A stretch of 64,000 bases of DNA from Candidatus Latescibacterota bacterium (GCA_047619225.1 JBLHJX010000004.1:1050-65049); one strand, 5' to 3'. Numbered from the stretch's first letter, positions 19,048-29,359 are shown. Notes: a model not told the origin generated them from the sequence alone. Numbers and translations: made by a program.

Positions 19048-20094
19048 GTGTTTTTGTGGTTGGGTGAACAACTTTTTGGGGTTTATGGGCCGTTTCGGCT
19101 TTTTACATCCTATCTCTTTCTGGCAGGATTGGGCACCGCACTATCCGCTTTGCTCACTTGGTGGTTGCTACCCCGCCTTTGGCATTTGTTGCCCAAAGAC
19201 CAAGGACGCGCTTTTGCTGTTGGTTCGGCACAAAGTGAGGGCAAGCCTGTTGGTGCTGGCGTTATCTTTATACCAATTTTCATTTTAGCTGGTGTGTTGT
19301 TTATGCCCTTGCATCTGCGTTATTTGGAGATGTTGGGATGTTTGTCTTTGGCAATGTGGGTTGGGTTTTTGGATGATCGCAGTGGCGGCTGGAGTGAGTA
19401 TCGCATGGCCGCATTTGATTTGGTGATTTCGGCTTTGGCGGCTTTGGTAATATGTCAGGGTGAACCTGTTCAGATGTGGTTGCCCTTGCTAAAATCAACG
19501 CTAACTGTATCTCCGTGGCTTTTTGTACCTCTTGCTTCTGTGTTGTTATGGTTGGCTATTAATGCAACCAATTGCACCGATGGCGTTGATGGATTGTCTA
19601 GTAGCCTTTGTGGTTTGGCTTTTATTTATTTGGGTGGGACATTGTATGGTATTGTTGGGCACCGATTTATTGCACAATATCTATTGGTACCGCATTACCC
19701 CGATGGTGCCGGTTGGGCCATCTTGGCATTTGTAATGACGGGCTGTTTGGCAGGGTATTTGTGGCACAATGCCAATCCGAGTTCGGTGCTTATGGGTGAT
19801 GCTGGCTCACGGCCTTTGGGATTGTTTTTGGGGATGTTGGTATTGGCCTGTGGCAACCCATTTTTGATTGTTGTTGTTGCTGGCGTAGTCTTGGTGAATG
19901 GTGCAACGGGGTTGTTAAAAGTAGCATTGTTACGTTTTTTAAAAATCGGTATTTTTAAAAAAGTCCGGTATCCCTTGCACGACCATGTGCGCCATAATTG
20001 GGGATGGTCTAATACACAAGTATTGGTAAGGTTTATTTTGCTGCAAGCAGTGGTCACTCCAATTTTGTTGGTTTTGTTGTTGAAAATAAGGTAA
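19048..20094 (+). CDS. mraY: Phospho-N-acetylmuramoyl-pentapeptide transferase (divergent, stand-alone)
   Basis: GFLDD, NATNCTDGVDG, MGDAGS, PLHDH; about 10 TM helices. Confidence 0.8.
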   Translation: MFLWLGEQLFGVYGPFRLFTSYLFLAGLGTALSALLTWWLLPRLWHLLPKDQGRAFAVGSAQSEGKPVGAGVIFIPIFILAGVLFMPLHLRYLEMLGCLSLAMWVGFLDDRSGGWSEYRMAAFDLVISALAALVICQGEPVQMWLPLLKSTLTVSPWLFVPLASVLLWLAINATNCTDGVDGLSSSLCGLAFIYLGGTLYGIVGHRFIAQYLLVPHYPDGAGWAILAFVMTGCLAGYLWHNANPSSVLMGDAGSRPLGLFLGMLVLACGNPFLIVVVAGVVLVNGATGLLKVALLRFLKIGIFKKVRYPLHDHVRHNWGWSNTQVLVRFILLQAVVTPILLVLLLKIR

Positions 20095-20174
20095 AAAATA
20101 GAAGAGAAAAGAGAGAAGAAAGAAGATGCCAGGAATTTTATTCTTTCTTTTCTCTTTTCTCTTTTCTCTATTTT
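20095..20174. repeat. Purine-tract / pyrimidine-tract imperfect inverted repeat
   Basis: AAAATAGAAGAGAAAAGAGAGAAGAAAGAA ... TTCTTTCTTTTCTCTTTTCTCTTTTCTCTATTTT. Confidence 0.6.
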
Positions 20175-20185
20175 GGGAGGTCTTT

Positions 20186-21520
20186 ATGACCAGCAAGGAA
20201 GATATAAAGAAGCGCATATGTGAAGCGATAGACCGGCGGCGGGATCAAATTTGTCGAATTGGTGATCACATTATGGTGAATCCAGAATTGGGTTTCAAAG
20301 AATTTGAAACGGCAAAATTGGTCACAAAGACGATGGACGAATTTGGCATTCCCAACGAGACGGAGCTGGCTATTACGGGTGTGAAAGGGGTGTTGAGGGG
20401 CAAAAAACCTGGGCCTACGGTGGCCCTTATTGGCGAATTAGATTCGTTATTGGTATCTGATCATCCGCAAGCCAACCCCGAGACAGGTGCAGCACATGCC
20501 TGTGGACACAATGCGCAAATTGCGGGTTTAATGGGTGCGATGATGGGCATTGTAGATAGCAAAGTTGTAGATGATTTGGCTGGCACCATTGTATTTTTTG
20601 CTGTACCTGCTGAGGAATATGTGGAAGTTGGATATCGGGTAGGGTTGGTTAAAGAGGGCAAACTAAGCTTTTTGGGGGGCAAACCCGAATTGATCAAATT
20701 GGGGCATTTTGACGATATTGATATGGCAATTATGATTCATACGCACAGCGAATCAGGCATGAGCCCCACAGCTGTTTCGGCATCGTCTAATGGATTTGTA
20801 GCCAAAACGATTCGCTTTTTGGGAAAAGCAGCACATGCCGGTGGGGCGCCCCACAAAGGCATCAATGCTTTAAGCGCGGCACAAATTGCTTTGAATGCGA
20901 TTCATGCGCAAAGAGAAACCTTTCAGGATGAAGATGCGATCCGCGTTCATCCAGTGATCACCAAGGGTGGTGATCTGGTGAATGTTGTGCCCGCAGAAGT
21001 ATGTATGGAGACCTACGTGCGTGGGCGTACGACAGAGGCCATTTTGGATGCCAATGCCAAAGTTGACCGTGCACTTCGAGCGGGTGCTTTGGCCATGGGC
21101 GCGCAGGTTGAGATTGAGACGTTGCCGGGATATATGCCTTTAAAAAATAATGCTGCATTAACGCGTTTGTTTAAATCTAATGCGCAAGATTTGTTTGGTG
21201 CAGATGCGTTCAGCGAGATTGGCCATAGAACGGGGTCTACGGATATGGGTGATCTGTCTCATGTGATGCCTGCGTTGCATCCGTATATGTCGGGCGCCTA
21301 TGGGCCTGGACACAGTGTTGACTGGCATATTTCAGACAAAGAGATGGGATATATTGGCCCTGCAAAATCTTTGGCATTGATGGCTGTGGACTTGTTATAT
21401 GGTGATGCTACCGAGGCCAGACGGGTGATGGATGGTTATGAACCCGACATGACAAAAGAAGCTTTTTTGAAATTTCAAAATGGGTTATACAAAACGGAAG
21501 TTTTTGAAGGCCATGAATAA
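20186..21520 (+). CDS. M20-family amidohydrolase
   Basis: PELGFKE, HACGHN, PAEE, GKAAHAG, GSTDMGD; GGAGG RBS. Confidence 0.9.
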   Translation: MTSKEDIKKRICEAIDRRRDQICRIGDHIMVNPELGFKEFETAKLVTKTMDEFGIPNETELAITGVKGVLRGKKPGPTVALIGELDSLLVSDHPQANPETGAAHACGHNAQIAGLMGAMMGIVDSKVVDDLAGTIVFFAVPAEEYVEVGYRVGLVKEGKLSFLGGKPELIKLGHFDDIDMAIMIHTHSESGMSPTAVSASSNGFVAKTIRFLGKAAHAGGAPHKGINALSAAQIALNAIHAQRETFQDEDAIRVHPVITKGGDLVNVVPAEVCMETYVRGRTTEAILDANAKVDRALRAGALAMGAQVEIETLPGYMPLKNNAALTRLFKSNAQDLFGADAFSEIGHRTGSTDMGDLSHVMPALHPYMSGAYGPGHSVDWHISDKEMGYIGPAKSLALMAVDLLYGDATEARRVMDGYEPDMTKEAFLKFQNGLYKTEVFEGHE

Positions 21521-21629
21521 TAGACGATGAGTGTCAAAAGGAAAGTTGGTTTTTGTAATTCATTGGTCTTTTGGTCGTTCGGGTAGTGGTGGGTAAGGCG
21601 GGTCGGTTGTTTTCGGAAGGGCATTTTTT

Positions 21630-23264
21630 ATGTGTTTCTTGTTATGTATATGTGGGCTGATCTGGAACACTGGCTTTGCATTTGGGGCTGTGATTACTGT
21701 GCCTGATACGGTTTATGTGGGTCAAAACAGCCGGGCGAATATTGATGTATTAACAAACGATATGTTTGAGGGATCGACGCCCATTTTGACTGTATCTTCG
21801 GGCGAATTTAGTGAACGTGTTGTTCTCAATAGTGATGGCAGCGTGCATTACCGTCCCCAACCCGATTTTGTGGGTGAGGACGGTTTTTTGTATACGATTG
21901 ATGTGGATGGTGAACGGGGGGATGGGCACGTTGTCATTTATGTTCGGCTTTTTGAAGAGATGCTTACTGCAATGCCCGATACGGTCATACTGGGTATTGG
22001 GCAGGGTAAGGTTTTGGATGTTTTGGCGAACGATTTATATTTGGGAACGCGACCTATATCTGTTTCGGGTATCACCGAACAGCGATTTGATGCCCATGCT
22101 TTTCCGTTATTAGATGGGCGCATCTATTATCGATCTGCACCTGGGTTTGTGGGGTCGGATCGTTTTTTTTATACATGGGCAGATGATTTGGACCATCGGG
22201 TGCGTGTTGAGGTGACGGCCGTGGCTGATAAGGGTTTGACGGTTGGAATTGCCGTAGATGATGAGGCCCAGGTCGTTGAGAACACAGTTTTGAAACGCAG
22301 CGTGCTCAACAATGATCGGTTACTCCGTTCTGTTATGGAGGTTGCGGTTTCGCCGGCGTGGCATGGGACGGCCCATTGGGATGTTTCTACCCATCAAATT
22401 GTGTATATGCCCTTGGATGGTTTTGTAGGGAATGACCAGATTGTGTATATCGTAACGGATGATTTAAACAACCAAACTGCTGCCGTGCTGCGTGTGACAG
22501 TGGTTGCTTTTAATGCTGCCCCTGAGGCGGTGGTTGATTCGATTGTTGCGTTTTCTGGGCGTGGCGCGGTGGTTTCCGTCTTGTTGAATGATCGTGATGC
22601 CGAGGGCGATTCTTTGCTTTTGACATCTGTTGGTAAGGGTTTGATGGGTGGGCAGGTTTTACAAAATGCGGACGGTTCGGTGTTTTATCGCTCGCCAAGT
22701 AACTTTGTAGGGGAAGATCAGTTTACGTATGTGATGCAGGATACAAATGGCCATTCGGACCAATCGATCGTTTATGTTTCTGTGATTGATGATGTGACAG
22801 CGCCTCAAGCATTGGATGATGAAGCGTTTGTGGCGGTTGGTGATCGGGTAAATCTATCGGTCTTAGACAATGACACGTTTCAGGGAGATACGATTTCGGT
22901 GGTGGCTGTGACACCGGGGCGATATAGCGAATTGGTGATTGTGAACAGTGATCAAAAGGTGCATTATCGGGTGGGGGAAGGCTTTAGCGGATCAGATTTT
23001 TTCACTTATACCATTCGTGATCAGGAGGGCAAAACAGCTTCGGCAGTGGTGCGTTTGCGGGCAGTTGGTGGTATCTCTGGTGATTTTGATGGGGATGATC
23101 AGGTGGGCTTTGGTGATTTTTTGATGTTTGCAGTGCGGTTTGGATTGCGTGATTCAGATTTAGATTTTGACGGGCGCATGGACTTTGATGGGGATGGTCA
23201 AATCGCTTTCGGTGATTTTTTGCGGTTTATTGGGTTTTTTGGAAATTTGGTGAGTGGTGGATAG
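21630..23264 (+). CDS. Secreted cadherin/Ig-like (Big_9) repeat protein with C-terminal dockerin-like EF-hand pair
   Basis: Five VLxND...Y...FVGxDxFxY repeats; C-terminal GDFDGDDQVGFGDF and DFDGDGQIAFGDF. Confidence 0.8.
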   Translation: MCFLLCICGLIWNTGFAFGAVITVPDTVYVGQNSRANIDVLTNDMFEGSTPILTVSSGEFSERVVLNSDGSVHYRPQPDFVGEDGFLYTIDVDGERGDGHVVIYVRLFEEMLTAMPDTVILGIGQGKVLDVLANDLYLGTRPISVSGITEQRFDAHAFPLLDGRIYYRSAPGFVGSDRFFYTWADDLDHRVRVEVTAVADKGLTVGIAVDDEAQVVENTVLKRSVLNNDRLLRSVMEVAVSPAWHGTAHWDVSTHQIVYMPLDGFVGNDQIVYIVTDDLNNQTAAVLRVTVVAFNAAPEAVVDSIVAFSGRGAVVSVLLNDRDAEGDSLLLTSVGKGLMGGQVLQNADGSVFYRSPSNFVGEDQFTYVMQDTNGHSDQSIVYVSVIDDVTAPQALDDEAFVAVGDRVNLSVLDNDTFQGDTISVVAVTPGRYSELVIVNSDQKVHYRVGEGFSGSDFFTYTIRDQEGKTASAVVRLRAVGGISGDFDGDDQVGFGDFLMFAVRFGLRDSDLDFDGRMDFDGDGQIAFGDFLRFIGFFGNLVSGG

Positions 23265-23349
23265 AAATAGAGCTCAGAATCACCGGATACTATTGTAGGA
23301 CCCGGCAGCGTTTTGGCGGAGGATGGATGAGGTGTAGCTGGATAAATAG

Positions 23350-23383
23350 AAAACGGCTACCAGATTTGGTAGCCGTTTTTTTT
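23350..23383. terminator. Bidirectional terminator
   Basis: AAAACGGCTACC-AGATTT-GGTAGCCGTTTTTTTT. Confidence 0.8.
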
Positions 23384-23449
23384 AATACATGATGAGGTCA
23401 TTTGAGCGATGAGAGTCTTCGTTGTGCGCTGGATGTCAGAAAAAACTGC

Positions 23450-24499
23450 TTACCCGATTTCGAGCATGCGTTCCACAGAGCGGAGGGCACGAATGCGAAT
23501 GTCTTCGGGCACTTCGATGATTTGCTCGTTGTTTTGGAGGGCATTGAGTGTGTCTTCGAGTGTGATCTCATTCATGTGTGGGCAGCGGATGCTACACAGG
23601 CCGACCATTTCCTTTTCAGGGTTTTCTGCGGCGATGTTGTCAGCCATGCTGCACTCGGTCAGGAGCAGGTAGCGGTCGGCGTTCATGTTGCGCACATAAT
23701 CTACCATACGAGACGTGCTGCTTGAAAAGTCAGAGGCTTGAACGACTTCGGGACTGCATTCGGGGTGGGCCAAAACGAGCACGCCGGGAAACTGTTCGCG
23801 CACATTGATAATGTCTTGCACTGTGAATTGGTCGTGTACTTCGCAACGTCCATGCCAGCCAACCATTTGATAATCGAGGCCTGGCTTGGGGTTTGCTGGC
23901 ATGTCTTTGGTGGGAAAGATGATGGTCTTGCCTGTTTCTCTGGCCACATTGGCGGCCAAGTATTCGTCGGGCAAAAAGATAACGGTGTCTGAATCGAGAG
24001 ATTCTACCACTTTGTGGGCATTGCCAGAGGTGCAGCAGATGTCTGTTTCGGCTTTGACATCGGCATACGTATTGATGTAGGTGACAACGGGAACACCTGG
24101 AAACTGTTTGCGCAAGTTGCGAACATCTTCGGCTGTGATGCTTTCAGCAAGTGAACATCCAGCAACTTTGGCAGGTAAAAGCACGGTTTTGGTGGGGTTG
24201 AGAATTTTGGCCGTTTCGGCCATAAAGCGCACGCCACAAAAAACGATGGGATCGGCATCTGTCTCTGCCGCTTTGCGAGACAGTTCGAGTGAATCCCCTA
24301 CCACATCGGGCACAGAGCAAAAGAGTGCCGGCTCCATGTAGTTGTGCCCGAGGATGATAGCGCCGCGTTCTTTCTTTAATTTGTTGATTTCGTAGGCCAA
24401 TTCTGCTTTGTATTTGAGCTCAATTTCGGGTACAATGCCTTTGAGCTTCTCGGCCATCTGTTGATACGTCTCTTCTAAAGTTGTGGCGGTCAGTGCCAT
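23450..24499 (-). CDS. nadA: Quinolinate synthase
   Basis: GHNY, GDSL, FCGVRFMAETAK, AGCSLA, CEVH, HPEC, CPHM. Confidence 0.95.
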   Translation of the reverse strand: MALTATTLEETYQQMAEKLKGIVPEIELKYKAELAYEINKLKKERGAIILGHNYMEPALFCSVPDVVGDSLELSRKAAETDADPIVFCGVRFMAETAKILNPTKTVLLPAKVAGCSLAESITAEDVRNLRKQFPGVPVVTYINTYADVKAETDICCTSGNAHKVVESLDSDTVIFLPDEYLAANVARETGKTIIFPTKDMPANPKPGLDYQMVGWHGRCEVHDQFTVQDIINVREQFPGVLVLAHPECSPEVVQASDFSSSTSRMVDYVRNMNADRYLLLTECSMADNIAAENPEKEMVGLCSIRCPHMNEITLEDTLNALQNNEQIIEVPEDIRIRALRSVERMLEIG

Positions 24500-24592
24500 T
24501 GTTTAAGCTCCTATTTGGACTTGCTTTGTGCGAATTGAGGGTAAAGATATCAAAATAATAGGCATACGGCAAGGGATTCAAAGGCAATTGAC

Positions 24593-24625
<33 letters not shown>

Positions 24626-24795
24626 GCGATGAACTATGAAGCGGGGATGTGATTTCTGGTAGGAATTGTTTTTCGTTGTTTTTTGAGTGATTGGAGGTTA
24701 AACTAAGGCAGGGGTGGGGATTTGGAGATCATTTTGGGGATATTTTCGAAAATACAGTTGGTCGGCGGTGTTTTCATTGAACTTTGAGGGTGATT

Positions 24796-25875
24796 ATGAA
24801 GGTTGTGATTCGGGCAGGTGGCATTGGCACACGTTTGTGGCCATTTAGTCGTAAGACGCAACCCAAGCAGTTTCATGCTTTGGTGGGTGGGCAGACCATG
24901 ATTCAAGAGGCTGTGTCTCGGATACGGCCAGTTGCAGACCTCGAAGATATTTATGTATCGACAGGTACTGATTTGGTAGGTGTGGTGGGTGAGCAGTTGC
25001 CTGACATCCCCTTAACCCAGGTGATTGTTGAGCCTGCTTTGCGCAATACGGGCCCTGCTGTGGGTTTGGAATGTATTCTTTTAGAAACGCGTTACCCAGG
25101 ATGCACCATCGCGAGCTTGGGGTCTGATCATCATATTGGCAAACCCGAGGAATTTTGTCGGTTGCTTCAAGTTGCTGCTGATGCATTGCATGATATGCCG
25201 GATACTTTATTTACCATTGGGGTGAAACCGACGCGCGTGGATACGGGCTTTGGGTATATTCAAAAAGGCGATGTTGCTGCCACAGTGAACGATGAGCCAG
25301 TTTATGCGGTTGGCGGTTTTAAAGAGAAGCCCGATACAGAACGGGCAAAAACCTATGTTGAGAGCGGGCAATATTTGTGGAACAGCAATATGTTTGTATG
25401 GAAAGCGCGCGCAGTTTTGGATCTGTTTGCCGAGTATGAACCCGAGATTTATGCGTCCTTACAAGAAATTGGGGCTGCGGTTGGCACAGATCAAGAAGCG
25501 GCAGTGATTCAGGCAGTTTACCCCCAAATGAAAGAAATTGCGGTTGATAATGCCATTATTGAACGCGCACCGAAGGTTGCTACATTGGAAGCCGATATTG
25601 ATTGGAGTGATATTGGCAGTTGGGGCGCGTTGACCGATGTTTTGCCAGTGGACGAAAATGGTAATTTGTTGAACGGAAATGTGGTTTCTTTGAATGCCAA
25701 AAATGTGACCGTTTATGGTGGGCAAGATAAATTGATTGCGTTGGTGGATGTGGACAATTTAATTGTGGTGGACACGGGAGATGCATTGCTTATTTTACCA
25801 CGCGATGGGTCGCAACGTGTGAGAGATGTGGTCGCAGCCTTGGGAGATCGTGATGGTGGGGATCGATATTGCTAA
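24796..25875 (+). CDS. manC: Mannose-1-phosphate guanylyltransferase
   Basis: AGGIGTRLWPFSR..PKQF, EPALRNT, FKEKPD, WSDIGSW. Confidence 0.9.
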   Translation: MKVVIRAGGIGTRLWPFSRKTQPKQFHALVGGQTMIQEAVSRIRPVADLEDIYVSTGTDLVGVVGEQLPDIPLTQVIVEPALRNTGPAVGLECILLETRYPGCTIASLGSDHHIGKPEEFCRLLQVAADALHDMPDTLFTIGVKPTRVDTGFGYIQKGDVAATVNDEPVYAVGGFKEKPDTERAKTYVESGQYLWNSNMFVWKARAVLDLFAEYEPEIYASLQEIGAAVGTDQEAAVIQAVYPQMKEIAVDNAIIERAPKVATLEADIDWSDIGSWGALTDVLPVDENGNLLNGNVVSLNAKNVTVYGGQDKLIALVDVDNLIVVDTGDALLILPRDGSQRVRDVVAALGDRDGGDRYC

Positions 25876-25914
25876 GGTGATCGATCCGTTTGAAATTGAT
25901 AGGGATATATTCTG

Positions 25915-26271
25915 GTGAAAATTCTACTGGCAGACGATGAAAAAGATATTTTGCTTATCTACTCAGAAATGTTGGCTGGCAATGGGCATAAAGTCTCGGC
26001 TGTTAGCAACGGTGCAGAAGTCATCCGGCTTTTAGCGGATACCGATTTTGATATGTTGATTCTCGATTTGTTTATGCCCGAGATGGATGGTTTTGAAGCC
26101 ATTCAAACGTTGCGTGATAAGGGGTATACTGTTCCCGTGATTGTGATGACGGGGCATTTTCCTGATGATGAAGTGGCAGGACGCTTAGATGGGTTGGGCG
26201 TTTTTACGACCTTGCGGAAACCTGTGATGATTTCGACGTTGTTGAATGCCGTGAATGAGGCCACGAAGTAA
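25915..26271 (+). CDS. Single-domain response regulator
   Basis: ADDE, LDLFMPEMDG, MTG, KP. Confidence 0.9.
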   Translation: MKILLADDEKDILLIYSEMLAGNGHKVSAVSNGAEVIRLLADTDFDMLILDLFMPEMDGFEAIQTLRDKGYTVPVIVMTGHFPDDEVAGRLDGLGVFTTLRKPVMISTLLNAVNEATK

Positions 26272-26315
26272 GCGCGTGTAAAGGGCGTTGATTTTTCCCT
26301 TATAAAGAACCTATT

Positions 26316-26353
26316 AAAAAAGCCCCAGTGTTTTAACACACTGGGGCTTTTTT
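26316..26353. terminator. Bidirectional terminator
   Basis: AAAAAAGCCCCAGTG / CACTGGGGCTTTTTT. Confidence 0.85.
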
Positions 26354-26377
26354 ATATCAAGTAGTCGCTATGCTTTA

Positions 26378-27043
26378 TCATCTCTGGTCAAATTTGTAAC
26401 CCACACCGCGCACGGTAGCGATTGCATTGCCAATATCGCCCAATTTTGAGCGCAAGCGGCGAATGTGTACATCAACGGTTCGCATGCCGCCATAATAGTC
26501 GTATCCCCAAATGCTGTCAAGGAGATCGGATCGGGTAAACACACGTCCTTGATGGCTAACAAGATGTTTGATGAGTTCGTATTCTTTAAGCGTAAGTTCG
26601 ATAAGGGCGCCTTTGACACGCACTTCATACCGAATGGTATTGATGGTTAGTTCTTCGATTTTGATGGTGTGTTCGTCGATGGGGCGGTCGTCGTTCCACA
26701 ACGAAAGGCGCAAACGTGCTTCAAGCTCGCGCAGACTATATGGGGTAATGATGAAATCGTTAATGCCCAAAGAAAAGTCGAGATTTAGGGCGGTCATTTC
26801 GTCAGTGATAACCAAAAGGGGCAGATCTTGGTGCTGGACTCGGTTTAAAATTTGGGCAAGGCGTTCGGGAGAGGTGTCGGGGACAACGATGAGAAGCTCT
26901 ACCGTATCGACAGGTATGAGCGTTGTATTGGTTGCCAAATGATCACGCAGAGGTACATGGTCTACTTGATGGCCAATATATCCCAAATCGGATTTTAAAC
27001 GTGCGCCGTGTGCTTCGTCGGCCAACAAAAGAATTTGTGCCAT
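26378..27043 (-). CDS. OmpR-family regulator with atypical receiver (GlnR-like)
   Basis: Winged-helix LTLKEYEL...RTVDVHIRRLRSKL...TVRGVGY; receiver lacks the canonical Asp and Lys. Confidence 0.8.
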   Translation of the reverse strand: MAQILLLADEAHGARLKSDLGYIGHQVDHVPLRDHLATNTTLIPVDTVELLIVVPDTSPERLAQILNRVQHQDLPLLVITDEMTALNLDFSLGINDFIITPYSLRELEARLRLSLWNDDRPIDEHTIKIEELTINTIRYEVRVKGALIELTLKEYELIKHLVSHQGRVFTRSDLLDSIWGYDYYGGMRTVDVHIRRLRSKLGDIGNAIATVRGVGYKFDQR

Positions 27044-27324
27044 AATACGCCAAAGGTTAGATACATTGTTGGTGAGGGATGAAGATATAACTTTTACGAA
27101 ACAATGTGGTGTTCGTCCTGCGTTTTCAACAGGTTGAAAAATAGAGACCTAAGAATACTTTGTCAAGGTGTATCTGGTATCGAATACAGGTGAAAGGTTT
27201 GGGTTATGTACATAAAAAAAACCGGAAATGAGTTACTCTGCTCTTTCCCAGCCACGGTAATGATATAACAAAAAAGGGTTGTTTTGTCAAGTTTGTAAAC
27301 TATTTATTAACAATAATTTATGTA

Positions 27325-27353
27325 TTGACTTAGGATTTGTAAATGATTAAATT
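27325..27353 (+). promoter_or_regulatory. Putative sigma70 promoter for the 27414 operon
   Basis: TTGACT-N17-TAAATT in an AT-rich divergent region. Confidence 0.45.
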
Positions 27354-27413
27354 TACTTTGTTCTGTCTCCAGAATTTTCTGGAGGGATCGGCGACTCTTT
27401 TAGGAGGGCCTGT

Positions 27414-28379
27414 ATGAACCAGCAGCCTTTCGGGGGTGAGGGGGAAGTCACTTGTTCTGTTTGTGAGATAGTCATTTCGATGGCACGTCTTCAAGTCATT
27501 CCTGACGCGAAATTATGCGTGCCGTGTCAGGAAAAAGTTGAAAGGGGATTGCTCGACCTTAACGCACACTTGTTTGATAGCTCCGGGATTCAAGCAGAAC
27601 CTGAACCACAACCATTGGAGGTACAAGAAGACCGTTTGGTGGTAGGGGCTTGGTCGAGTGGGTTTATGGAAGTGGCGGAACAGAGTGGGCAAATGCGGGC
27701 CTTGCTGCGCGAAGGAAAGCGGGAAGAAGCCCAAGCCTTGGTGCAGGCATTGCCGATTGAAGCACAAGCCGCACTGGTTGTTGTGGATGAAGATCCGGAA
27801 GAAGCCCTTTCCATTACGGGTATGGATGGGAAAGGCAATCCGGGGTATCACACACAAGTGGTGAGTCTGTTGCCTACAGAGTTGCTAACAGGTTTGATTG
27901 CTTATGATGGGGAGGAAAAGCGATTTAATACCCGATTAATTCAGGCGATGACGCCTGGTGCATTTAGCCGAACCGTGGCTGAAACCCTTGACCCAGTGGA
28001 CAATGCCGAGGCGCGTGCGGCAGTAACCTGGGAATGGTTGGAGGCTTTGGCGGAGCTTCGGGATGCCAATAAACGCGCAGAATTGTTGCGCAGTGTGGAA
28101 CCTGAGTTGTTGGAAGAAGCACTGACCACACGCATCCATCATTTCAATTTGAACAAGACCATAACGTCCGTTGAAATCGATGGTGTGAACTGGGGCGTAG
28201 ATATGTTTCGTGTCTTTTCTGAAGACAGTGCTGTGGGTCCCTTGCCGAGCAAATTTATTGAAGATGAGAAGGTCGGTGAAGTTATGGATTCACTTTATGA
28301 GGCAGCTCCAGATGTGATGAGCGCAATGGTGCGTGGTGCCTGGGAACGGCAGTTTGATGGATGGGAGGATTTAGAATGA
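27414..28379 (+). CDS. Protein with N-terminal DksA/TraR C4 zinc finger and unknown acidic domain
   Basis: CSVCEIVISMARLQVIPDAKLCVPCQEK; AGGAGG RBS. Confidence 0.75.
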   Translation: MNQQPFGGEGEVTCSVCEIVISMARLQVIPDAKLCVPCQEKVERGLLDLNAHLFDSSGIQAEPEPQPLEVQEDRLVVGAWSSGFMEVAEQSGQMRALLREGKREEAQALVQALPIEAQAALVVVDEDPEEALSITGMDGKGNPGYHTQVVSLLPTELLTGLIAYDGEEKRFNTRLIQAMTPGAFSRTVAETLDPVDNAEARAAVTWEWLEALAELRDANKRAELLRSVEPELLEEALTTRIHHFNLNKTITSVEIDGVNWGVDMFRVFSEDSAVGPLPSKFIEDEKVGEVMDSLYEAAPDVMSAMVRGAWERQFDGWEDLE

Positions 28380-29359
28380 ATCCACTCGCGAGATTAGATC
28401 TGAGCCGTTTTCAGATTGATGACGAAAGTTTTGTGGGGCAGGCCATTGCATTGGGGGTGCGTTTTAATAAGCTTCCGCCTCAAACAACGGATGCCTTGTT
28501 GGGTTTTTTGCGTGCCAAGGGTTTGTATTATGGCCAGCGCAACAGATCGGGTATTGCAATTGCCCGTTCTGGGTTGGAGCGTGGGGTCCGTCAGGCCCTG
28601 ATTTGTTTGGATATGGGATTGTGGAATTTGTCTCAAGGCGATCTCAATCGGGCCGTTGAATGCTTGGGTAAAGGCGATTTTGAAGCGACCCGAAAGGAAG
28701 GGTATCAAATTGCCTTTTTTCAACTGGAGGAAATTCGAAAAGGAAGTTTGGGGTTGTTGACACGGCCTACTGCCGCCTTTTTGCAAGAGGAACATCGCAA
28801 CTTGAAGCGTTGGGCAACATTGGTTCCTGAAACTTGGACACGACTGCCTGATGATTTGGAGGAAGAAGCGCAGTTGGTGGATGCCCGCATTGATTACGGG
28901 ATATTCTTGCAAACCCAAGCTCGAATGGATTTTCTGAATTCCATTCCAAATGAAGCCCTTGAGCAGTTGCAGCAGATGGTTTCAGAAGGGCGGTCTTTTG
29001 AGGGCTTGCTGCGCAACTTGATATTGGCTTTGGCTTTGGATTTGGAGACGTTGATACCGTCGTCAGAAGAAATGTCTCAGTTTGAGTCGACGTGTTTTAA
29101 GGACGGTATTATGCGTTCTGAGATTCGAGAAAAAGTTTTGCATTTAATGGATCGCCAGCTTGAAGCAAGTGTTTTGGATGGGCCTTATCGATCTGAGATT
29201 CGAGTTGTTGTAGAAGAGGAAATTGCATTCTTTGAACAGGTCTCAGGTGAAGATTTGGCTGGTTTCTTTTTGTTGGCAGGCAAGAAAGCTGCCACGGCGG
29301 ATGATTTGCTGGATGATGTGGTTGCGGATGATTTGTTGGACGAAGTGATTATGGAATAG
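28376..29359 (+). CDS. Hypothetical helical protein, translationally coupled to the upstream gene
   Basis: Start abuts or overlaps the upstream stop (start position uncertain); acidic tail with duplicated ADDLLD. Confidence 0.65.
   Translation: MNPLARLDLSRFQIDDESFVGQAIALGVRFNKLPPQTTDALLGFLRAKGLYYGQRNRSGIAIARSGLERGVRQALICLDMGLWNLSQGDLNRAVECLGKGDFEATRKEGYQIAFFQLEEIRKGSLGLLTRPTAAFLQEEHRNLKRWATLVPETWTRLPDDLEEEAQLVDARIDYGIFLQTQARMDFLNSIPNEALEQLQQMVSEGRSFEGLLRNLILALALDLETLIPSSEEMSQFESTCFKDGIMRSEIREKVLHLMDRQLEASVLDGPYRSEIRVVVEEEIAFFEQVSGEDLAGFFLLAGKKAATADDLLDDVVADDLLDEVIME

Noticed and set aside
23078-23240. DFDGD motifs as further polymerase active sites
   Set aside because: They are paired Ca-binding dockerin/EF-hand-like loops at the end of a secreted Ig-repeat protein.
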